Positions 51,701 to 64,000 of a stretch of 64,000 nucleotides of DNA are shown here, piece after piece (the first letter of the stretch is position 1; the number at the start of each line of letters is the position of its first letter). The stretch lies in the NCBI RefSeq assembly GCF_000150275.1, contig NW_002060944.1, forward strand, positions 9,388,556 to 9,452,555. The letters run 5' to 3'. Source of the stretch: Trichoplax adhaerens. Lineage: Eukaryota; Animalia; Placozoa. The notes beneath the pieces were generated by a model. It saw only the letters and a list, made by a program, of their open reading frames with translations, had not been told where the DNA came from and ran no database searches. The position numbers were made by a program, and so were the translations under genes.

Positions 51701-54700
51701 ATATTCAACTGCGATGCTTTTATATTTTTGCACGGTAGATACTGTAAGCTGGTTCGTGTTAAACTATTTCATTTGATATTCTACATTATGCACGAGTAAA
51801 GTTTATTTTTTTGTTAATAATAGACCTCCTTAATGAGTGCAATTCTTCCAACGCTAAAAAATGATATCCAAGATCAGGTACGATGTTGTCAAGACTACCA
51901 GCAAACTCAAAACATCGCCAATTGTCCGGCTAAAGAAGGTAAAGCCATCAATCATGATTTATAATCATGTTTTCTGTGTGAATGATTGAGCTTTTCGCAT
52001 GTTAATTGATGCCGCTAATGATCGAGATAAACTATTAAGCTTCAATGGTTCAAGAAAAGAATTAAATCAGGGCATCATTAGTAAATTAATAAATAAGTAG
52101 GTGAATTAATTAAAATAGTTAAACCTACAAGCTCTTAGTAATATATCCTGCATTATTAAGTGGGTAATCTTATCCTTACACAATCGTCTATTAAACGCTC
52201 TATAAACCTTTTCTTTATTGTAATCGTAAGTAAGATGTGAAAGAATTAAGTCTAATGTCGTCTAATATTAGAAAGCTATAGCTTAGCTTTTTTATTTACC
52301 AACATTTTATCACGCTGTTACTGATGGTATTTAATTTAAAGATTTTAAATCTCTTCCATTATTCGCGATGAATTTTTTCAGTACCATACTATAGAATTTA
52401 AGCATGAAGTTGCTTTTACATTTCCTATGAGTAAGAATGCCTTGCTAATTTATTCGTAATATTCTCTCGCAGCAAAAAGCTAGAGCAGGCTAAGATGCAT
52501 AATGGCTAGTTTAAGTGCTTCTAATGTAGAAGACCTAGTAGAGATCAATTATAAAATGTTCAATATGCTGGATCACACTAGCATACATGATGGCTACTTT
52601 AAGCACTACTAATGTACATGGCCTAGAAATGACCAATTTATAAAACGACTTAGCCAGAGATAGGTAATCGCAACGAGAAAACATATTACACAATACTAAT
52701 GGGCGAATCTTGTAGAATTTGCACATAATGCATTCCTTGATATATCTACTGCTCTGGATCCCTACTTTAACTGATCCGATCTCGATTGAAATTTGATTTT
52801 GATTTTCTATTGTAGAAATTGAAGACACATGCCCGACGAATTATGCTCGTGGTTTCTTATGGGAACCAACCAAAGTTAATGTTACAATCAAAAGTAACAG
52901 GAAGGAATCTTGCAAGTTATTTACTAGCGATATAGAGCCAATGGATCAGAATTTGCATGTTCATGGTAAGTTCAATTAGATATCTTAAGCAGATATAGCG
53001 GAAAGGCAGTATTACTCTCAGTAAGAATTCTAATAATTCCATAAACACAGATAGCTACATTCACTTTAAAAGTAGCGTGCATTCAAGTTCAGTAGTTTAT
53101 TATTCATCTAGTATATTTCAGTATGTATAAAATTATATTAGATTGCAATCTAGGATTAACTGAGTCATTCCTCTAGAGAAAATAGTTTCTCTTATGAAAA
53201 AAATAAACATTAGTAGATTACCAAGTGAAATGGCATTACCGCGATATCCACCCTCCTCTCTTCTCATTTATACTTTAGTCTATTCTTCATCCTTGATTTA
53301 ATGCATACCAATACTATGCTTCGTCATCATTGACATTTTTTCAACCCACCAATGTTAATTGTTGTTAAATAGTTAAGCACTACCAGGTTCAACGTTTCTA
53401 TTCTCATACTTACATTAGACTTCTATTCTCTCTTGTTTTTAGGCCATGTAAGTAGAACATGTACATCTAACAGGCAAGCCAGCTCTGTATGGGCTTCTGT
53501 TAATGGATGTAAATGTTTCGTGACAGCAATGACAGATGTATTGGCTAAAGTAAGAACTTGTTGTATTTTATACATTAAAACATTCTGATGTTAACCTGCG
53601 GGGTTCTTGCCAATTGCCCATGATTTAATATTAATTTGCCTTTCTCTTCTCATGAATTAATTATAATAGATGAAATTAACCGTGGCCAAGCAATATACCA
53701 TGCACTACTTGAGCACACTAACTAGTTTTGTTAGAAAATATTACAAGTATAACACAGACTTTAACATAGCAACGAATGCTCAAGAGTTACTTTCTCAATC
53801 TCAGCAACAGCAGACGGATTTACAAAGCATTTACTATACTGAATTTACTGGCGTAAGTCCTCCATTCTATACTAATTTACTTGCAATAGACATTTATATC
53901 AATTCTTTTCATCTGCCAGATATTGCAATAGATAAGTGAAATAGTCTATTTCAGATCGAATTTAATATCTTGGTACTATTTATGCTTGTATTAAAGTGCT
54001 TGGCAATGACAACGATGGACTTGATCAGTAATTGGCATTCTGACAAGAATTGTCCGGCACCGGTAATAAATTTTAAGGACTGTATTGAGTGGATTATTGC
54101 CCTTGAATTTCATAGTCATTCTCTTTTCCTTACAACGATCTATAGGATAGCTCCAAGGTAGCCATGAACAACACCTTCTACAATGCATTAGCCACACTAC
54201 TCAACATGCCCAAAGAAGATGTACTCAGTAATCCTGCTTATTCACTGGAAAATAATGATACTCTGACAATGGCCATCCAAAATATTAGCATGATGGAGTT
54301 AGGTCGATCCGATCCTTGCCCATTAGTTGGAACTGTTATTCCATTACCAGCATTTAAGCCAGGATCAGGAATAACATCACCAAATCCAACAACTGCAACC
54401 ACTCCTATGGTACGTAAGCAACTCTTCTATGATTGACTTGATTAACTTACAGTCCTATCATTGTTGCTATCGCGAAAAATGATGATAATTTTTTTGTCGC
54501 TACTACTTATGGATGCTTGCCAATAGACGTTGAATTTTAAGTACTTCTTTCTAGATGCAGATAGACAAACAATCTATCTACTTGTTACCAGTTACCAGTA
54601 CTTGTTACCAGAGGGTTGATTTACTTTGCTCGCTAGTTTTATTTTTAGCTGGATGATCGATGAATTAAAATAGCTACACAGTAGAAAAGCAGCTACTTTT

Positions 54701-54954
54701 ACTACGTATCGCCTTAACTTAACACTTGTAGTGAGATTGTTCTTTGGCTACTTTCTCGAGCTAGAAATAGTCTAATTTATCCCATCCATCTTCTCATGAT
54801 GCTTTCGATTTTATATTCATATTACCTCTAGAATATCATCACGACTTCAACTTCAAGTACAGGAACAACTTCTTCTTCGATAGGAAATTATCGCCAATCA
54901 CTAGCAATCATTTATTCTCTTGCTCTGTTGCTATGGTGCAGTCTACTATTATAG
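48708..54954 (+). CDS. Predicted GPI-anchored surface protein with two HRM (HormR)-like domains, ~534 aa, 12 exons
   Basis: Phase-consistent GT-AG exons: 48708-48756, 48841-48957 (or -48975), 51056-51183, 51298-51507, 51602-51652, 51824-51938, 52816-52965, 53443-53549, 53670-53852, 53955-54062, 54146-54409, 54832-54954. Signal peptide; C-x8-W...C...C...W...CxC pattern twice; S/T stalk; hydrophobic C-terminus; AATAAA at ~54962. Confidence 0.75.
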
Positions 54955-56559
54955 AATAGAAAATAAAAAAATCAATAAGCTTTTATTTAAGATCGATTAA
55001 TCACGTTTAAGTGGATTCAATCATGGAATTATTCTGTATCACATTTATTTTCAATATAATTTCGCTGTATATTATTATGATTTTCTATTAGTAAGAACGT
55101 TATCAATGAATGAGCCGTGTAATGGATATAAACTGTATTCGAGTTATTTTAATTGCAAGCATGGAAGTGCCATTACAGCAATGTTATCGGTAATGACAGC
55201 TAATCCTCATCAAATTGTCTACTCATATTTCTCTTATGTATTAACCATGATTTCAATTTAGAATACGAGTAGTTTCATAAAACGCCTATCAGGTAGCGCT
55301 ATTTGCACAACGATTTCAGAGCTAACGAGTAGAAACTTTTCGTATTCAAGATCTGATTATACTATTCTTCCAACAAGGACATTTTGACTACTCTAATGTG
55401 CTCGATATTGAGCAACTAATTATCGTATACGAGTATAAAGGTCGGTTCTAATTCTATTCTATCTGCATAATATATGACTTCTTTATTTTTTTTTTTATTT
55501 ATTCCTTATTATTATTGAATATTCAAATAACACTTTCATAGTCTACATCTATTATTCATCGCTAATATGACGGACAAAATTAAATCTATCTATGTATATG
55601 ATTGAATTCTTCATCAACTAGCTATCTCGACACTATGTAAAACGACACCTAGAAATGATGATGATGGTGATGCAAAGTTTCGACTAGTTGGTTATAACTT
55701 AATTATTTAGCAATTTGCGCCATCTATAACTTTTAACATACCATATAAGTACGCTTGTAATCTTTCACATATGGTAATAAACTCTATATATATAACAAAA
55801 TATGGTAAATTTATCCTTTCTGACTACATATCTATATAAGTTAAATATTGGGCAATTTGCACTCGAGCAATCTCAGGTCGATCATGTAGGTAGTTGACTG
55901 TATACACAAAATATCCTTTCGCTCTATTGTGACTCAATTATTGGGCAAATATAATCTTTCCATTACCTTTATGATACAAATCATGCCAGCTATCGTCGTT
56001 TACTTCTGTTGGGCATGACTGTGTAATGTAAAAAATTTGCCCATTGCCCTAATTTGCAAACACTCAGCCACGGTAGCCTAGTATATGCAGTGGCTTCTTC
56101 AAATGGTACAGTAGTAGACAAGTGTAGCCAGCAGCTAAGTTCATGACCAGATGGAGCAGTAAAAAGTTAGTAAGGTCCCTGGACTCATTTGAAGTCATTG
56201 GCTTCGTCCTTGTTACCGATTGAAATTGGTAACGAGGAAAATTAAACTACTACAGAAAACTAAAACTACAAGCCTACTGTCAGCTTTCTCCTGCCCGACA
56301 CCTACCTACAATACTATTTCAGATACTGACAATCTCCTATAGCCAAGGAGGAAGGTAAGCGTAGAGTCAAAAGGATAGATGTGGGTCTATTGGAGCACTA
56401 TGCAGCAGTCCTATAGGTCATAGGCAAAAATTTGCGATTCCATTCGTTACATTATGATGAACTGTTAGCAATTATTAGTCTATGATACTGTTCATATGAT
56501 TCTATCTCATAGCGTAGCGCAGGAAGTGAGAAAAGTACTGAGAAAAGGTATTTCAGGGT

Positions 56560-57300
56560 CTCGCTAAAGTCTCCAACTCCATCTAGTTTTGATGGCATTT
56601 TCAGTCTGAACTGCTCTGTTTACTTTCCTGCGTTAAATGGCTTCGCTGCCGTAACGGCTCAGAAGGAATAAATCTGCAAGTCAGAAATCCGTAATTTCAT
56701 CTAAATTGACAGCTTTATCTGCAGGTAACTGTTTTATTCGTTTACTTTCTTGCCTCAACTGGCTTCGTTGAAATAAATTTGCCTGCCTGCAAGTCAGAAA
56801 TCTGTAATTTCATCTAGTTTGACAGCTTTATCTGCTGGTAACTGCTTTATTCGTTTACTTTATTGCCTCCACTGGCTTTGTTGAAATAGATCTACATGTC
56901 TGCAAGTCTCCATCTAGTTATGATCGCATCTTCAGTCGGATCTGCTTTATTTGTTTTCTTTCCTGCCTTAATTAAATGACTTCGTTGCTATACCGGCTCC
57001 GAAGGAATAACTCTGCAAATCTGAAATCTACAACTTCATCTAGTTTTAGCAGTCTTATCTGCAGGTAACTGCTTTACTCGTTTACTTTACTGCCTCAATT
57101 GGCTTCGTTGCCGTACCGGCGAAGAAGAAATAAAATCTGCAAGTCTGCAATCGACCACTTCATCTAGTTTTTGACAGTCTTACTTGCTGATCTACTGCAA
57201 TATTAACAGTATTGACTGCAGACAACTGCTTTATTTGTTTCCTTTGCTGCCTTAATCAGCTTCGAGGCGAAGAAAGAATCAATCTACAAGCTCATTACAG
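56560..57300. repeat. Degenerate tandem repeat, ~100-126-bp units
   Basis: CATCTA anchors at 56580, 56698, 56811, 56911, 57037 and 57161, each followed by CTGCT(T/C)T...TGC...GCTTCG-type blocks. Confidence 0.85.
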
Positions 57301-57556
57301 CACTATCTGCTTTCTTATACCTTCTTAACTTAATTAATTAGCCTCTTCCTCTCTCCTCCTGCAGGAAGAGCTTGGAAAATGGGCAATCCTGCTTCGAATC
57401 TAGCACTGCGCAATACGTTTGCGCAGTCATAACGCACGTTTTCATCCCCTCTGTTGGGCGCATTCCTCGAGTCGGCATTTCCTTTTGCACTTTTCGAATT
57501 TGGATATATGATTAATTGCTTCTATTGCACTAGAATCTCCTCAAAACGCTCAAGGC

Positions 57557-59340
57557 ATGGCTGCTAAACAAGGCAAATCTTACGTAAGTATTTCTACTTG
57601 TATGGTATTCAATGACGATGAGATTAGATGGTAGTTTAGTCATAGTAATCCTTGAAAGAAGACAACATGGTGTTTGGGTTATCCCGTCGCCATGTCGGCG
57701 CAATAGGCCAACTTAAGAACCGAGAATTGGTCTAGCAGGCCAATTTCTTATTTACAAATGGACTTATGCTACAGTAGATGAGAGATAGAAAGGGAATATG
57801 AAATCGGATTTAGATATATCTTCTTCACCTTACAATCTCAGACTCCTAGGATGTAGGAGAGAGCGCAAGGAAGGAAAACCTTTCTTGCCACTGCAGCTTT
57901 TGAACTTCACATACCTGCACCATTTCGTCGCCAGTAATGAATTGTTATTTTCTATCGGATTAACAACAACGCCAAATTGTAGCGGTAGGTCCAGTAGCTG
58001 TGTGGGAAACACTATTTCCATGCTTTAATCTGCATACTAAAGTACTTGAAAAAGTGCTACAGCATTGTAACATGCAACACTATATTAGTCAATATGATGC
58101 AATGAATAGAAATGATTACTATAAAAGAACCCATTAGGACTTTAGTGCTAAAATATCCGAATATCAAAGACCGATCTCAACCAATGGCAGCAAAGACATT
58201 GTAATAATGCAGCTCTATTTTGTTGGCTGCAAAGAATCACTGAGTAATAGTCGTATGGACACTTGCGATGATGGAAAACCAGTAGAAAGAGGATTGGTAA
58301 TGCTGCAGTGTTGTAGGTTATTTCCCCCTTTAGCTTACCACGTCTACGTACGTCAGCGCAAGTAAATTAATAGACTGCAGTACTTTGCATGGCCTGTATC
58401 GAGAACAGATTTAGCCGATAGGTCCTTGTTCGAGTTGAGATAATAGTGTAGCAAGTTTTAAAATTAGCTGGATGCCCGTAAACATGTGTACTCAAATTGT
58501 CTCATAACAGACATTCTTTATTGCTGCAGGTGATCATCATAGATAATATCTTATTGAAATACGATTCGTCTACGTTATTTGAAAAGCTATCCCAAGTGGC
58601 TTCGATCAAATGGATGTCTTTAGATACTGAAAATAAGAGTGTAACTGTTCGTTTTAATGACGACCATGATGGTAAGATAACGGCATCAATTGATGCTTAA
58701 ATGATAAATAGATCAATTAAAATTTGCAAGAATAATTGTACGCGTATACCAGTGATAAACTGTATCATTAGAGGTTTCAGATTAGACAATTTCAGGTTGT
58801 AACCGCAACTTATATACTGTACAATTATTGGAAGACAAAATTAGGAGCCTGAAATATTTCTCGAGATTAATTAGTTACCCTATAAGCAAGTCCCCTTGAC
58901 ACTTAACTAAATGGGACTGATATAGCTCGTAATCTTCATAGATTTGATCACCTTATATGTGGTTATAAAATGCGAGTTCTATAATCGCTAAATATGGTCA
59001 TCGGTCATATTTATATTCCATGTCTACAGAACGTAGAATTAGTATTTAAATGACCAAGTTTAATCATCGATTTAACCAAGATACTGCATGTTGAAAGAAT
59101 ATTCCCATCTAGTTTACTGAATAAGTACTGTAGGCTATTTAGAGATTGGTCACGAACTAAATTAGCTCGCGATGTGATTATTCGAACTAGATCATTAACT
59201 TGTATTCTGCTATTTTTATCATATATCCTGACTCGATTACTCGTACCACTTCAACATATTTAGCCGAACTCCTCGGTGAATTAGGAGCAATTACGATTGA
59301 AAGTCAGCAGTTCAAATTACGCTTGGATCTTCTGGATTGA
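57557..59340 (+). CDS. Small RRM-like protein (81 aa if the 57557 ATG is the start), La RRM2/xRRM-like
   Basis: Exons 57557-57583, 58530-58671 and 59264-59340 join in phase, with GTAAG donors: MAAKQGKSYVIIIDNILLKYDSSTLFEKLSQVASIKWMSLDTENKSVTVRFNDDHDAELLGELGAITIESQQFKLRLDLLD*. Confidence 0.55.
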
Positions 59341-60377
59341 TACAGTGTGCCGCATGGCCCACTTCTCTTGATTTTGTTACGTATTCAACAGTAAGTCGTC
59401 AAGATTTCCTCCACAGCAAACCTTTTACGTGTAGGTCGGGATAATAAGTTTAATTTCATATCATGGTTTATTTATATAGTAGTATGAGATTAGAACACGT
59501 ATTTTGGAATGCATCAGTCAACTTTTTGAGGAATCATTATGTAATATCACACTTATGAAAGTTATAATGCATTGAATGCAGCATTAACTTTGCTATTAAT
59601 TATCAATCATTCGTCTACATATATATCATGGTAATGTATTTCTGTGTAAATGTGATATACGATATCCCCGTAGACCCTTACTCGAATCGGTGTAAAATCT
59701 CAACTTGGTAAGGCCAATTTTTGGTAATTTATGTTAAGCTAGTAAGAAAATGTAACGAATTGGTGTAGAATGAAGTAGATCTGCTCTGGATTGCATTTCT
59801 TATTTATGGTTATTGTTGATATGCTGTTGTGCGACTAATGTAATTTTGGTACCAATTAAAAAAGCGTAGAAATTTTTTCTACCGGTACAGTTAGGATTAA
59901 TCACTAATAATGCCGTAGCCACCTCATTCCCATTATTTGCAATAATAAAAAGAGTACTTTATTACCATAACAATTTTTTCTCCTTTCACAATGTTACACA
60001 AACCGAGAAAACGTAAAAAAGTGATTAAAAATCGGATTAAATGATAGCAAATTAATAAGTTACCATAAAAGTCTCACTGGAATAGCTATACTACTGTAAC
60101 GGTAGATTAGGCTTTACATTAATTATTAAAGTTCAGGAATAAATATCTTAAGATCCAATACCATTCTGCATATTTTAATATGGCTATGGTTAAAGGATAT
60201 GATTAGCATCATTCGTAATCAAATAGCAAACTAGTAATGTGTAGTTTTTAAGGAGATAAAGTATGAAACAAGCAATGTTTACTGTGTTTAGGCCAAGTTG
60301 TAATATCAAATTGTTATAGATTACAATTACTACAGTATATCGTACATTAATTTAGTAGATAGGGCAATAAATTAAGG

Positions 60378-63300
60378 CTATCGATGTCTTTTCCTTTCGT
60401 GCCCCTCCTGCACACTCGTTCCAGGTCGTAGATCTGTAACAATAAATGATACGTGTAATCATCTAACATTGGACAACTATTCTGACTAAAATATTTTGGC
60501 TACAGTGTTCTTAACTTAATTATAATTATTGCAGCCTTTTATAACTTTATCAAGTCCTTAAGAATTATCAAAAAGTTAGGTAACACGTTCTTTTAAATCT
60601 CGATGACAGTCTGGAGCGATGGTAAAAAGTCACTTACTTTGATCCACAACTGCGTTACTTTTTTTCTTTACTTTGGATTTAGTTCCATCCTCAACTTGCA
60701 AATGGTCATTCATAAGTTGTACATCTTGATCACTACCAAAGCTCGACCTAAATAAATTACAAAAGAATGGAAAATGTGACTCAAACAATGCAGTAATACG
60801 CACATTTTTTGATTTAATCACTGATATAGTTACCTTAAGACGCGTTGGCTTTCTGGTTCCGCAATCTCAAAATCATCCGTAAATAAAATAGTAAAATGAG
60901 GAACTGGAGCATCGACAGTAGGTATTATGCCCCGCGCACCCTGCGGGATTTGTCCCAGATTTCCATGGAATACCAATAAATCATCGACGGATACCTAGAA
61001 ACACATGGTACGATCAACCCACAGCATTGATAAATTACGGATTGAGATCGAATATAATTATTTACCGCAAATTCTTTGACACCCCTACTAAATGTCTTGC
61101 TATAATTCCAGAGTTTAATCATCGATACTGTAACTGGACGATCGAATACAATGTACACAACATTTATCTAGTTTAAAAGGTGTTGAAAAATAATTAATTC
61201 GTCGTTGCTTAAAAAATTCTTACTACATATTTTTTACTTCGTCACGAAGGCCAAATATAAAAAGTTCAATTTTTGCAGCACATATCGTAATCGCTGATAT
61301 ACTGAAACTACCCGTTCGAATCAACTTCATGACTTACTGTATCAGGAATGACTGGTGCTAACCATAAGTGATGGCCATCGTATGTGTCATTGATTCCATC
61401 AATAAGTTTATCAGGTGTTCGAATATCACCTGTGATACCTTCCAACGAATTAATACTATGAGGATAAGCCGTAATATCTGTTCGTCAATTAAGGAAAAAT
61501 AGAATTCTTTCTACGATATAAATGATACCCTAATCAACTTAAAACCAACAGTAAAATAACATAATTTTTACAAATACATTCACGATTACCAACACAATAT
61601 TAGTAGCGACACAAGGTTACAAGATACTATTTGGACTCAATGGAATTTTATCTCCATTGCGGTCATAAAGTTCCAATCCGTTAAGTCCGATATAATAAGG
61701 ATCTCCCCAAGTGGACAATAATTCAAATTTGAATACGACTATCAAAAAATAAGTAATGGATGATGTTAACCCACCATTCAAAACATAACGATTAGCATAG
61801 TTTAGTAACTATCACATCATTACTTACAACCACACGGCATCATTAGTGGTTCATAATCTGGGACAAGTTGATTAAGACTTAATTTATTGCGCCTAATAAT
61901 TTAATTAAGCACTGTTTAATATAGAGTAAAAACCGAAAACTAAGCGTATAGATACGAAAAAGGATGAAATCTTACTTCGACTTTCGATGTGCAATCTGAT
62001 CTTCACTCTTATCAAATATAGGAGAATGTCCTGGTGAAGCATCAAATATAATTGTTTGACCATAATCGTAGTGCATATTTCCAGGTCCTATACAGAAAGT
62101 TGAAATAGAATTAGTGGCTTCTCTAGGAAAGCAAAGTTACGTTTATTCGCACTGTATATGACATATACATGTGCAACAGAAGTACAGCACCGATTAATAC
62201 ACGTAGCAACTTCTTCAGGTTGTAAGGGTATAGATAAATCAATTATTGCAATTAACATTTAAAATTTTCCAAGAGGAAATAAATCAAGGATCTTGACCTT
62301 TTCTTAATAAAAATCCACTCGGTGGTGATACAACTACACCATCCAAGCTAACATGAACGATCTTCGCCTATTATTTATAATTATTCACAATAGATAAAAG
62401 AATCTTAGTAATTGACAACTTCCTAGTATCTAATGTATCTTTCTACATATGAAATTCTAACCCCTCTTATGGTATCTTCTAATGATTTATTGTAATTCCA
62501 GATTCGAAAACCAATAATATTTACTTTCTGACTAAAAGCTATCGTTAATATATGATTCCGACCAGGAGTAAAGGGTATTAACCACATATGCTCATCGCTA
62601 ACTGTAATTGTTGTTCCATCAACCAACCTAATAAGTTACATCGAATTTTCAGTGATTTTAAGCGCATTCAGTTCCATATTTCATCTCGTCAACGGTAACA
62701 TAAATATCCTTAACTTACTTGTCAATAGTCCTACAATCATCATCATATTCTGGAAGATCATTTAAATCTCTAGGATTAGCACTTAACATGTCGACGTTAA
62801 GTTCTAGTGAGTTTCCATCAGCTCCTAGGATCTTTAGCCCAGTTAGGCCCAAGTAATGCGGATCGGACCAGGTATCAACAAAATTAAACTGCAGTACTAT
62901 TAAGTAAGAGAAGACAGTTAAAACAGTTTGATATTATCAAAGAAATGTCAATTCCTATTACCTCCACAAACATTTTCAGTACTTTCCATCCTTGGAGAAT
63001 TTCCTAATAAGTAACAAATTTATCTATTACGGCCAAATTAACGACAATTCAATTCTATAAGATAAATAGCAATTAATCCAACTGTACTAACCTACTGTTG
63101 CTGTGTCAATTCCTACCGTAAGTGGCTGTTATAAGTGTAAGTAAATTGTTAGATTAACACATATCTACAAAGGACAAAATCTCATCCATCAGGAAGATAC
63201 TTTTACTTTCTGCTTACTTCATCTACACTTTCCATCCCCAAGTCGGCGGTTGGTGGTCTAGCATCTATTTGCGATACAATTTCTTCATCTTCAGAATCTG

Positions 63301-64000
63301 TTGCGATTCTAGGTGATAACCCATCAAAACTGTGGTCAAATTGGGAGATATTTTCCAATACGTCTTCATCGGTAGTAAAAAGAATGGTCTAAACCGATAG
63401 CAACAATAATGAAATATTAGATATATTCCACCAACTACTCAATTAATTTTACTTAATTATTTTAAATAAAGGAATTCAAAAACGATTTCTAGGCTGACTA
63501 ATATGATCAATTAGCAAACATCTATTTATTTCAGACAATCCACCAATAGATACATACATCACCAAAAGAAGCCGTTCCCCCTAACGCTCCACCGATAGCT
63601 CTATTTAAGAATTTATTAAAAGTTTCATTAATGTATTTCCAAGCAAACTTTTTCTTCTAACAATTCACCATACCTGGCAATTTCACCATCAAAAATTTTA
63701 TAACCGTCTAAGAATATTTCAACTCGACGTGCTCCACGATTAGAGTGAATACGAGACTTATTATAGTTCTGCATTATGTAGGTTAAATGATGTTTTTATC
63801 AGTAAAATTTATTCACATTTAATACTGCCAAAGTTCAAGTCTACGTTTCAGTAAACTCCATCCTAAACAACTAAATCTATATTATTTAACCTAATATAGC
63901 TTATTAAACATGAATAGAAACAACGTCATATCTAACCCATAATCGAATTATGGCAACCGTTTCACGCTTATCAAAGAGAATTGTAATAAAATGATTCTTT
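60378..64000 (-). CDS. KATNIP: Katanin-interacting protein (KIAA0556, DUF4457 repeats), 3' multi-exon part; 5' end outside window
   Basis: Exons encode NYNKSRIHSNRGAR, TWSDPHYLGLTGL, HMWLIPFTPG, IWNYNKSLEDTIRG, FELLSTWGDPYYIGLNGLELYD, HLWLAPVIP, IKLWNYSKT..RGVKEF, ending LRPGTSVQEGHERKRHR* at 60378. Confidence 0.92.

Noticed and set aside
57798-58028. Overlapping opposite-strand ORFs
   Set aside because: They lie in the predicted intron of the RRM-like gene and show no motif or splice support.

Overview
AT-rich eukaryotic (animal) genomic DNA with short GT-AG introns and two 50-N assembly gaps. Composition, intron sizes and gene content resemble a placozoan (Trichoplax-like) genome; this is inference. 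2-38 kb: a head-to-tail minus-strand tandem array of 8 class A GPCR loci with intronless ORFs (4 intact, 4 pseudogenes). Their 7TM domain resembles LGR/RXFP/GRL101 receptors but lacks any LRR ectodomain. The array spacers carry ten TG...CA solo-LTR-like inserts with 5-bp target-site duplications (some nested) plus two partial ones, Helitron-like ends and Tc1/mariner-type footprints. 43 kb: a Ty3/gypsy RT-RNase H remnant. 47 kb: a CCAAT-containing repeat array. 48.7-55 kb (+): a hand-assembled 12-exon gene for a ~534-aa protein with signal peptide, two HRM (hormone-receptor-motif) plus helical units, a Ser/Thr stalk and a GPI-like tail, i.e. an adhesion/class B GPCR-type ectodomain without a 7TM. 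57.5-59.3 kb (+): a small RRM-like gene. 60.4-64 kb (-): the 3' part of KATNIP/KIAA0556. The most intriguing observation is the juxtaposition of 7TM-only receptors and an ectodomain-only surface protein; any functional link is a hypothesis.
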